A program made the position numbers and the translations under genes. 14,151 bases of DNA from Verrucomicrobiota bacterium (lineage in GTDB: Bacteria; Verrucomicrobiota; Verrucomicrobiia; Limisphaerales; CANJSG01). Position 1 is the stretch's first letter. The number at the start of each line of letters is the position of its first letter. Below, one piece after another: positions 7,612 to 14,151 of the stretch. The stretch lies in assembly GCA_038209745.1 (NCBI GenBank), contig JBBQXJ010000105.1, forward strand, positions 1-14,151. Reading direction: 5' to 3'. The notes under the pieces were generated by a model. The model was not told where the DNA came from. It saw only the letters and a program-made list of their open reading frames with translations, and did no database searches.

Positions 7612-8004
7612 ATGAAAAGATTTGCCGCCCTTGCCCTGCTGATGACCACGCTGGCCACCGTCCTGACCGGCTGCGTCGGAACTCTCGACGGCCGGACCAA
7701 AGCCTCAGCCATTCCCTTCAAGAAGGACACCATCACCGACCGCTACGAGCGCAGCGTGCAGCAAGGACTGGCTGCCAGCCGGGTCGTGCTGGGCCGCTTG
7801 GGCCAGATCACCAGCGACGACGCCGTCCTTCAGACCGTCACCGGCCGGGTCTCCGAGAACTACGTCTACGTCCGGGTGCTGGAGATCGATCCCAAGACGA
7901 TCGAGGTCTCCACCCAGGTCCGCACCCGCGGTGGGAACACCGACATCGACATGACGGCCGAGGTCTCCAAGCAGATCGCCCTGCAGCTCGCGACCATGCG
8001 CTGA
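7612..8004 (+). CDS. Small lipoprotein, DUF3568-like
   Basis: ATG at 7612 gives 130 aa: MKR, hydrophobic core, lipobox LTGC. The helix / beta-sheet / C-terminal helix layout resembles DUF3568 lipoproteins (family call by recall only). Confidence 0.75.
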   Translation: MKRFAALALLMTTLATVLTGCVGTLDGRTKASAIPFKKDTITDRYERSVQQGLAASRVVLGRLGQITSDDAVLQTVTGRVSENYVYVRVLEIDPKTIEVSTQVRTRGGNTDIDMTAEVSKQIALQLATMR

Positions 8005-8031
8005 GCCAAATTCGCCCCGCCAAACAAAAGC

Positions 8032-8061
8032 AAAGCGGCAACGGGATCCCGTTGCCGCTTT
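8032..8061. terminator. Probable bidirectional intrinsic terminator
   Basis: Perfect 30-bp palindrome AAAGCGGCAACGGGA|TCCCGTTGCCGCTTT between convergent stops (8004 and 8089), A-rich on the left and T-rich on the right. Confidence 0.8.
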
Positions 8062-8088
8062 TCCTTTGGCAGCGTCCCGCGAACCGGA

Positions 8089-9120
8089 TCAGAAGCCGTT
8101 CAGTGCATCGATCAACTGGCGCAGCCGGCCGTAGTCGCGGCGGTTGAAGCCGAACGCCAACCGGTTCATGTCCAGCGCGTCGCAGTCGTCCTTCTCTTCC
8201 TGCACCGGATCGATCATCCGGAACCTCTCGCCCGCCACGATGTCCGCGAAGTCTTCGTTCAAAGCGTCGATGGCCGAGTCGGTCGGCCGGTGTTTCAGCC
8301 GGATGATCAGCAGATCGCGCACGAACCGCTGGGAATGATAGTTACGGTAGAAACGCGTCACCCATTTCACGGCCTGCTCCGGATTGTCCGTGATCTGGTA
8401 GAGGCAGAGATCGCCCGGAGAGACCAACTGGTCGCGCAGGAGATGTTCGCGGATGTTCTTGTCCCAGGTTTTCCAGTAGGTGCCCCCCGGACGATCCACC
8501 AGCACGAGAGGCATCGGCCGGCTCTTGCCCGTCTGCATGAGGGTGAGCGCCTCATAGCCCTCGTCCATCGTGCCGAAGCCACCGGGAAAGAGGACGATCG
8601 CGTCCGAGTGGCGCACGAAGATCAGCTTCCGCGTGAAGAAGTATTTGAAGGTGATGAGCTTCTTGTCCTTCTCGATGATCGGATTCGCGCTCTGCTCCCA
8701 AGGCAGGCGGATGTTCGCTCCGAAGCTGTTCTCGACGCCCGCCCCTTCATGGCCCGCCTGCATGATCCCGGGACCCGCCCCGGTGATGACCATGTAGCCG
8801 GCGGCCGCGATCTGCCTCGCGAACTCCACGCACTGGAGATACTCCGGTTTGTCGGCCTTCAACCGGGCCGAGCCGAAGATGGTCACCTTGCGGCGATCCT
8901 CATAGGGCTCGAAGAGGCGGAAGGAATAGCGGAGTTCGCGGAGGGCCGTGCGGATGACCCGGACGTCGCCGCGGTTCTGCACGTCGGATAAGAGCTTGAG
9001 CGCATTGTGGATGATGTCCTCCACGTCTTCCTCGTTGTAGCCGCCACCCTTGAATTCGATGAGGCTGCGGATGCGCCGCTTCAGTTCCGGATCGATCACG
9101 CTCTTTTCGGGCTTGTCCAT
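8089..9120 (-). CDS. LOG-family (TIGR00730 Rossmann-fold) nucleotide phosphoribohydrolase-like protein
   Basis: Likely start is ATG at 9120 (MDKPEK..., 343 aa). Motifs: VTIFGSAR, ITGAGPGIM, LPWEQ..NP, FKYFFTRK, PGGFGTMDE (PGGxGTxxE signature). Has N- and C-terminal extensions. Confidence 0.92.
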   Translation of the reverse strand: MDKPEKSVIDPELKRRIRSLIEFKGGGYNEEDVEDIIHNALKLLSDVQNRGDVRVIRTALRELRYSFRLFEPYEDRRKVTIFGSARLKADKPEYLQCVEFARQIAAAGYMVITGAGPGIMQAGHEGAGVENSFGANIRLPWEQSANPIIEKDKKLITFKYFFTRKLIFVRHSDAIVLFPGGFGTMDEGYEALTLMQTGKSRPMPLVLVDRPGGTYWKTWDKNIREHLLRDQLVSPGDLCLYQITDNPEQAVKWVTRFYRNYHSQRFVRDLLIIRLKHRPTDSAIDALNEDFADIVAGERFRMIDPVQEEKDDCDALDMNRLAFGFNRRDYGRLRQLIDALNGF

Positions 9121-9127
9121 GCCACCG

Positions 9128-9156
9128 ACCCTAGTGGTCGGGTCGCCCGCAGGCAA
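9128..9156 (-). promoter_or_regulatory. Putative sigma70-type promoter of the LOG gene, leaderless geometry
   Basis: Minus strand TTGCCT-N17-TAGGGT-N7-ATG(9120). Confidence 0.55.
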
Positions 9157-9321
9157 AGCCCGGGAAATCTTCCCGTCCCCAACTCCGCCGGAATGCGCTC
9201 CGGCGTGTAACGGCTTTTGGGGACATGCGCCCTGAGGGCCGGATGATACCATCATTCCATACGCCCCTCGGAATTTTTTCTATGTGCCGAGGTCAGCGTC
9301 CGTCTGAACGACATCGATCCT

Positions 9322-11247
9322 ATGAAGAGAAAACCTTTCAAACACCTTTCCATTCTCACGGCGGCCTGTGCCCTGCTGATCGGCACCCCCGCAGCCAAAG
9401 CCGGTGCAGACCTGTCCATCAACACTTTCAGCGCCGACGGCTCCACCGCCGGCTTCTGGAAGTGGTGGGGCGGCATCTCGCAGACCATTACTTGGGATCC
9501 CTCGGTGGACGCCAGCAACAACGTCAGCTCGGGCTCGGCCCGGATCGACATCGTCTTCGACAGCACGATCGGCGTGGACGACCAATACTCCATCGGCATG
9601 TCCCTCGCGGGAACCGGTTCCTACAACGGCAGCGTGGTAGCTTCCCCTTCCGCCTACAAAGCCCTTGAGTTCGACATTCTCTGGAGCACCAACAACACCG
9701 TTGCCATCGACGCCTTCAACACGACGGGCGACGCGGGCTTCAACCTCGGCCTTACCGGCACGATCCCGGCCGGCGGCGGCGTGATCGCCTGGAACCAGGA
9801 CTTCCTCTCCCCCGCGCCGACCCTGACCGCAACGGGCAAGTGGCAGCACGTGGTGATCCCGATCCCCGTGACCAAGCCGGATTTCGCCGGACTCGTCTTC
9901 AAGAAGTGGACGCCCGGTGACGGGACCGGCCTGAACGGCACGGCCACCGTCTGGATCGACAACATCAAGCTCACCGGCTCGGACGCGCCCCCGCCGGTTC
10001 CTTCCATGACGATCAAGAAGAGCGACCTGAAGGGCCTCCAGCTCACCGCCAACGGCGCCGGTCAATACCAGCGCCAAAACCTCGCCGCCACTTCGGCCGA
10101 AGCCCAGGCGACTTGGTGGATCGACAACCCCAACCCGGTGACCTACACGATGTCCGTCGTCGACGCCCCGCTGATCCCGGGCTTCCAGAACCACCTGTTC
10201 CTGTCGGTGGACTCCGGAGGCGGCAACTCTCCCGACTACTCGGATCCCACCGTGGTCTTCCTCGACATCCGCCGGAACGCGGACGCAACGGGCAACGCGA
10301 CCTTCCGCTACAAAGTCAACCAGCCCAACGGCAACGCGATGCTCTATGGCACCGGCGCGATCGCGTCGCTCGGAACAACCACGGCGATCGGCACCTGGAG
10401 CCTCAAATTCCAGAACAACACGAACATCACGCTCACGGGACCCGACGGCTCCAGCACCAACTTCAACATGTCCGCCACCGACGCCGAATCCTTCCGGCCC
10501 AGCGTCGGCATGACCGCCTCGTTCGGAGTGCAGCCAAACCAGGCCGCTTTCATCGGCCAATCGTCCACCTTCGGCGAATTCAAGATCACGTCCGGCGCGA
10601 CCACCGTGTTGAACGACACGTTCAACACGGTCTACAACGGCGGGCAGGGACCGGTGAACCCCGACCTCTGGACTCGTCGGATGGAGAACATCGCCGGCAT
10701 CGCGGTTCTGACCGGCAGCGGCTACTTCGTCAGCTGGGGCGTGCCCGATCTTGGCTACTCGCTGCTGGCCTCCTCCAACCTGAACTCGAGCTGGTATGAC
10801 CTCGCGGTGCCCGTGACTCAGGCGGGCACCACCAAGAGCGCCTTTGTCGCCTCGACGAATCTGCCCGCCGGAAACAACGGGTTCTTCGTTCTGCAGCAAC
10901 GCACGGCCACCAAGCTCCAAGTCCTGTTGCCGGGTGAAACCGCCGCGCCCGGCACCCCGACCGGCAAGACCGGGACTCCAACCGCCCAGATCGTCGCGAC
11001 CGACGTTCCGGTCACGGTCAACGCGGTCACGGCCACATGGCAGCGCGTCAACGGCGTGGGCGACACGATCCTGCTCACCAGCACCGATGAAACCATGGTC
11101 GTTCCCGCCACCACCACCTTGGCCAACGGAACCGGGACCTTCCTCGTCCAGTTCACCCAGGCGGGCACGTTCACGATCTCGGCCACAAACACCACCGGAA
11201 CGGTCAAAGCCCCCGCGAAGTCCGGCTCCGTGGTCGTCGGGCCCTGA
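9322..11247 (+). CDS. Secreted multi-domain beta-sandwich protein (CBM-like N-terminal domain, Ig-like C-terminal domain), function unknown
   Basis: 641 aa, Thr/Gly/Asn/Ser-rich, strong C/G bias at third codon positions. Sec signal ending AKAGA; CBM-like motifs YKALEFDI, GKWQHVVIPI and VWIDNIKL; Pro linker APPPVP; followed by a terminator. Confidence 0.85.
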   Translation: MKRKPFKHLSILTAACALLIGTPAAKAGADLSINTFSADGSTAGFWKWWGGISQTITWDPSVDASNNVSSGSARIDIVFDSTIGVDDQYSIGMSLAGTGSYNGSVVASPSAYKALEFDILWSTNNTVAIDAFNTTGDAGFNLGLTGTIPAGGGVIAWNQDFLSPAPTLTATGKWQHVVIPIPVTKPDFAGLVFKKWTPGDGTGLNGTATVWIDNIKLTGSDAPPPVPSMTIKKSDLKGLQLTANGAGQYQRQNLAATSAEAQATWWIDNPNPVTYTMSVVDAPLIPGFQNHLFLSVDSGGGNSPDYSDPTVVFLDIRRNADATGNATFRYKVNQPNGNAMLYGTGAIASLGTTTAIGTWSLKFQNNTNITLTGPDGSSTNFNMSATDAESFRPSVGMTASFGVQPNQAAFIGQSSTFGEFKITSGATTVLNDTFNTVYNGGQGPVNPDLWTRRMENIAGIAVLTGSGYFVSWGVPDLGYSLLASSNLNSSWYDLAVPVTQAGTTKSAFVASTNLPAGNNGFFVLQQRTATKLQVLLPGETAAPGTPTGKTGTPTAQIVATDVPVTVNAVTATWQRVNGVGDTILLTSTDETMVVPATTTLANGTGTFLVQFTQAGTFTISATNTTGTVKAPAKSGSVVVGP

Positions 11248-11276
11248 TTCCCGCTCCAAAGAACCTCCTTCATCAA

Positions 11277-11310
11277 GGCGCCGGCATTCGTGCCGGCGCC
11301 CTTTTCTTTT
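11277..11310 (+). terminator. Intrinsic terminator of the secreted-protein gene
   Basis: 10-bp stem GGCGCCGGCA-TTCG-TGCCGGCGCC followed by CTTTTCTTTT, about 30 nt after the stop. Confidence 0.85.
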
Positions 11311-11323
11311 GAAACAGCCCCGC

Positions 11324-11350
11324 TGCGTTCGGCTCGTCGCGCCGAACGCA
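11324..11350. repeat. Second hairpin just downstream of the oxidoreductase stop
   Basis: Perfect 10-bp inverted repeat TGCGTTCGGC-N7-GCCGAACGCA with no adjacent U-tract. May stabilise the 3' end of the minus-strand mRNA. Confidence 0.55.
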
Positions 11351-11360
11351 CCGGCCGCGA

Positions 11361-12875
11361 TCAAACTTGATCCGGCACGACGAACGGCGACCGATAGTCC
11401 CGCTTCAACAGCGCGTCGGCCGCGGAATTGCCCACGAACCGCTCGGTCTTCGGATTGAACGACAGCACCGGCCCGAGCGTGATCTTGTCCTTCATCACGT
11501 CCACTTCGTTCGCCTGGAGATGTTCCAGCATCCGCTGGAACGTTTCTTCGCCTCCCGGTTCGGACTTGATCGCCTCCCGGATCGCCTCCGGGTTCTGCCC
11601 GTGACCGAGCCGGTAGGAGATGTTGCCGGTGTGGCAGAGGGCGCTGGAGAGATGCCCCTCCAGAATCTCCGCATGCAGGTCGGATCGTTTCCGGCTGCGC
11701 ATGGCCTGGTAGAAGTTGGCCATGTGGTTGGTCGCTCCGGACCACTTCTTCAGTTCCTTGCCGTCCTTGTCGTAGGCGGTGGCGCTGCTGTAGCTCGGCA
11801 CGCTGACATGGCCCCCTTCGCATTCGACCACGATGCCCACTCCGGCCCCCTTGTATTTGTCCATCTGCGTCGAACCGTTCTTCGTGGGCAGACCACGCAC
11901 CTCGAAGATCAAGGGGGCCTTCGCGTATCCTTGATAGACGATCTGCGTGTTGGGTGTCTCTCCGTCGTCCACGTAGCCCAGGCGACCGCCCACGCTGAAG
12001 ACGTTGGGTGCCAGCTCCATTTCTCCGAGGAACCAACGGGCGACGTCCATCTCGTGGATTCCTTGATTCCCAAGATCGCCGCAGCCGTAGGCCCAGAACC
12101 AATGCCAGTCGTAGTGGACCGGACCATTCTTGGAATTGTTGCGCCGGGGCGGATCCAAGGGCGCGGGACCGCACCAAAGGTCGTAGTCGATCCAGTCTGG
12201 AACCGCCTGCGGGCCGCTCGTCTTCCCGATGCTCGGACGCGGCTTGTAGCACAGCCCGCGGGAGACGACGATCTTGCCGATGTTCCCGGCCTGCACCCAT
12301 TCGACGGCCTGCTTGATCGCTTGGCTGGAGCGCGACTGGGTGCCGGTCTGGACGATCCGATCGTGTTTGTGCGCCGCGTTCACGAGCTGACGGCCTTCCC
12401 AGACATTGTGGGAGACGGGCTTCTCACAATAAACGTCCAGTCCCGCCTGAATCGCCCAGATGCCAGCGAGCGAATGCCAGTGGTTGGGGGTCGCGATCAG
12501 GACGGCATCGACATCGCCGCTGGCGTAGAGCTTCCGCAGGTCTGCAAACGCGGCGACCTTTTCGCCCCGCTTTTCAGCCGCTGCCACACCCCGCGAGAGG
12601 ACCTTTGAATCCACGTCGCACAGCGCGGTGATCCGGACCTTTTCACCGTCTTCCGCGGCCTTGAGGGTGTCGCCGATCAGGCTGCCGCCCCGGCCGTTGA
12701 AGCCGATGACTCCGGTCCGAATGGTGTCGTTCGCGCCGACGACCCGCTTGTAGGACGCGGCGCTCAACTTGGTGGCCGAACCCGCAAAGGTGGACGCGAG
12801 CGCCAGACCGGCTCCGCTGAGGGCCGTATGCTTGAGGAACCGCCGCCGCGAAATCTTGGAATTGTTTTGAGGCAT
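11361..12875 (-). CDS. Tat-exported Gfo/Idh/MocA-family NAD(P)-dependent oxidoreductase
   Basis: SRRRFLK Tat motif; GVIGFNGRG Rossmann loop; ALCDVD, IATPNHWH, VYCEKP, QTGTQSRS, YDLWCGPAP, GDLGNQGIHEMD. Confidence 0.93.
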   Translation of the reverse strand: MPQNNSKISRRRFLKHTALSGAGLALASTFAGSATKLSAASYKRVVGANDTIRTGVIGFNGRGGSLIGDTLKAAEDGEKVRITALCDVDSKVLSRGVAAAEKRGEKVAAFADLRKLYASGDVDAVLIATPNHWHSLAGIWAIQAGLDVYCEKPVSHNVWEGRQLVNAAHKHDRIVQTGTQSRSSQAIKQAVEWVQAGNIGKIVVSRGLCYKPRPSIGKTSGPQAVPDWIDYDLWCGPAPLDPPRRNNSKNGPVHYDWHWFWAYGCGDLGNQGIHEMDVARWFLGEMELAPNVFSVGGRLGYVDDGETPNTQIVYQGYAKAPLIFEVRGLPTKNGSTQMDKYKGAGVGIVVECEGGHVSVPSYSSATAYDKDGKELKKWSGATNHMANFYQAMRSRKRSDLHAEILEGHLSSALCHTGNISYRLGHGQNPEAIREAIKSEPGGEETFQRMLEHLQANEVDVMKDKITLGPVLSFNPKTERFVGNSAADALLKRDYRSPFVVPDQV

Positions 12876-12894
12876 GGTTGGCTGGGATTGGGGG

Positions 12895-14007
12895 TTAATT
12901 CTTGGAGGTTGCCTTCACGTAGTCTTCGTCGAGTTGCGCGATCCCGGCGGCTTTCTCGTCGCCCTCGGCGAACACGACGCGGTAGCGAAACGTCGCGCTG
13001 CCGCCTGCGGCAATCTTGAAGTCTCCCAGATGTTTCTCGGCCGGCTTGTTTTCAAAGAAATGCTGACCAAAGGGATTGGCCGCGAAAAGGCCGTAGTCCC
13101 GGACGTGCCACCAGGTCGGATGACGGGGATTGGCGGGATTGTCCAGGATCGCGATGCCCACCGTTTTCCCGTCGACGGGACCGTAGTAGTAGACCCAGTC
13201 GGCGCGCTTGCCCCAGGTCTGCGCCTCGCGCTTGGCCAACTTGGCCGCCAGGACCGATTCCCCGTCGTCACGTATCCCGGTGCTCATGACGATGTGGCCT
13301 CCGCCCGGCTGGGGCTTCTGCCCCTTCACCGCCGTCTTCAACGCCCGCATCGACTCCGCCACCCGGACGGCCATGAAACCATCCTTGTCGTCGCCGAAGA
13401 CAACGTCGCCGTGGGTCGCCTTGAGCGTGATCTCCCAGTCGACGATCTTCGCCCGGCCGTCTCCGCTGAAACGCAAGGTCCTGACGTCTGAACAGACCGC
13501 CTTGCCGTCGCCGCCGATCCATTCGTTCTCCGACGTGATCTCGCCGACCTTGCCGCCCGCCAGTCGGAGAAAGCGCTGGTGGACGATTTTCCCGTTTCCG
13601 GGCGTTTCGGTCCAAAAATTCTGCCCGTTGACGTTCTGGTGCCCGAGCCACATTCCACGATGGTGTGGGTGGTCCTGGTCTTCACCCGGCACGTCCTTCA
13701 TCGGAAAGTTGCGCGTCATCGGCGTGCCACCGGGTCCGAGCACCGGGTAGCAATACGGGCGAGGCGCGTCCGCGTAATGATACTCGGTGAAGGGCTGCCC
13801 TCCGATCTCCACGACTACCCGTCCGCCGCTTTCAGTCACCTTCACCGGCAGCAGCTTCGGAAGCACCGGGGCCTGGGCGGATCGCGCCGGCAATCCGCCG
13901 TTCGGCGCCTGGTTGACCGGGGAGGTCGGTTGTTCGGCCGCCGATGCTTGCAAAAACGCGGACAGGCCAATGGCCAGGCCGCAATGGAGTTTCAACCGGG
14001 GAGTCAT
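12895..14007 (-). CDS. Exported DUF6807 / 'PmoA-family' (PF14100-like) protein; not a methane monooxygenase subunit
   Basis: Likely start is ATG at 14007 (370 aa) with a signal peptide ending ASA. Motifs: RPYCYPVLGPGG..MTRNFP, DHPHHRGMWLGH, HPTWWHVRDYGLFAANPFG. Lies 19 bp upstream of the oxidoreductase, so probably an operon. Confidence 0.85.
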   Translation of the reverse strand: MTPRLKLHCGLAIGLSAFLQASAAEQPTSPVNQAPNGGLPARSAQAPVLPKLLPVKVTESGGRVVVEIGGQPFTEYHYADAPRPYCYPVLGPGGTPMTRNFPMKDVPGEDQDHPHHRGMWLGHQNVNGQNFWTETPGNGKIVHQRFLRLAGGKVGEITSENEWIGGDGKAVCSDVRTLRFSGDGRAKIVDWEITLKATHGDVVFGDDKDGFMAVRVAESMRALKTAVKGQKPQPGGGHIVMSTGIRDDGESVLAAKLAKREAQTWGKRADWVYYYGPVDGKTVGIAILDNPANPRHPTWWHVRDYGLFAANPFGQHFFENKPAEKHLGDFKIAAGGSATFRYRVVFAEGDEKAAGIAQLDEDYVKATSKN

Positions 14008-14014
14008 GGCAACG

Positions 14015-14042
14015 AGTCTTCGGTCAATGCTTCGAGGGTCAA
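14015..14042 (-). promoter_or_regulatory. Possible leaderless-type promoter of the DUF6807-oxidoreductase operon
   Basis: Minus strand TTGACC-N16-AAGACT-N7-ATG(14007). The -10 deviates at its first base. Confidence 0.4.
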
Positions 14043-14071
14043 TCGCTTTCTTCCACATCGCGGTAAAACTC

Positions 14072-14151
14072 GGTTCCTCGCTGTTTTCAGTGGGTAGAGG
14101 GTAGGTCGAGGCGGCCGGCGGTGAAGTAGAGCATGGTGATGAGGTTCTTGG
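14072..14151 (-). mobile_element. Downstream end of a probable ISL3-family insertion sequence (continues beyond the window)
   Basis: Terminal sequence GGTTCCTCGCTGTTTTCAGTGG starts at 14072 and matches the GG(C/T)TC start of ISL3 inverted repeats. The transposase-like ORF stops inside this IR. Adjacent AT-rich 8-mer TAAAACTC (14064-14071) is the candidate target duplication. Confidence 0.75.
14087..14151 (-). CDS. C-terminus of probable ISL3-family transposase (partial)
   Basis: Minus-strand translation ..KNLITMLYFTAGRLDLPSTH* resembles the C-terminal 'N(L/F)ITMxYxxAGKL..P.TH' tail of ISL3 transposases. Only 20 codons are visible. Confidence 0.72.
   Translation of the reverse strand, partial: KNLITMLYFTAGRLDLPSTH

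Noticed and set aside
8089..9120. LOG/SLOG protein as part of an anti-phage system together with TatD
   Set aside because: It looks like an ordinary TIGR00730-type protein with no effector fusion, lies over 7 kb from tatD, and sits among housekeeping genes.
9322..11247. Many N-X-S/T sequons suggesting N-glycosylation
   Set aside because: The count (about 13) is roughly what the high Asn and Ser/Thr content would give by chance.
9280..12300. 1006-aa minus-strand ORF
   Set aside because: Arg/Gly-rich with no motifs. It is antisense to the 641-aa secreted gene, out of frame within the oxidoreductase, and crosses a terminator: a shadow ORF caused by high-GC codon bias.
12895..14007. Methane oxidation gene
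   Set aside because: This is a soluble exported protein of the misnamed PF14100-like family, with no multi-pass membrane helices and no pmoC/pmoB neighbours.
1..14151. CRISPR array, tRNA/rRNA, DGR template/variable repeat pair
   Set aside because: No regularly spaced repeats, cloverleaf, rRNA-like segment, long near-identical repeat pair or reverse transcriptase was seen, and all intergenic gaps are about 200 bp or less.

Overview
High-GC bacterial chromosome segment. Gene content and style suggest Verrucomicrobiota (Pedosphaera-like; inferred): a prepilin/H-X-DG gene, a DUF6807 plus Tat-exported Gfo/Idh/MocA pair, and no Shine-Dalgarno sites. In order: TatD hydrolase (-, runs off the left edge, missing from the ORF track), exported TPR-like protein (-), Tat-signal alkaline phosphatase (-), argF (-), a prepilin-type gene broken by an in-frame TAA (+), small-type purL (-), DUF3568-like lipoprotein (+), LOG-family protein (-), a 641-aa secreted multi-domain beta-rich protein (+), Tat-exported Gfo/Idh/MocA oxidoreductase and DUF6807/'PmoA'-family protein (-), and one end of a probable ISL3-family IS at the right edge. 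The more interesting signals are non-coding: (i) a 13/14-identical motif at exactly the same distance upstream of tatD and phoA; (ii) up to four genes with leaderless-type promoters; (iii) a 104-bp argF-phoA spacer flanked by a 9-bp direct repeat that can fold into a long minus-strand structure; (iv) alternative hairpins in the purL leader. No rRNA, tRNA, CRISPR or defence system was seen, and I cannot claim a complete novel system. All family calls come from motif recognition by eye, not from database searches.
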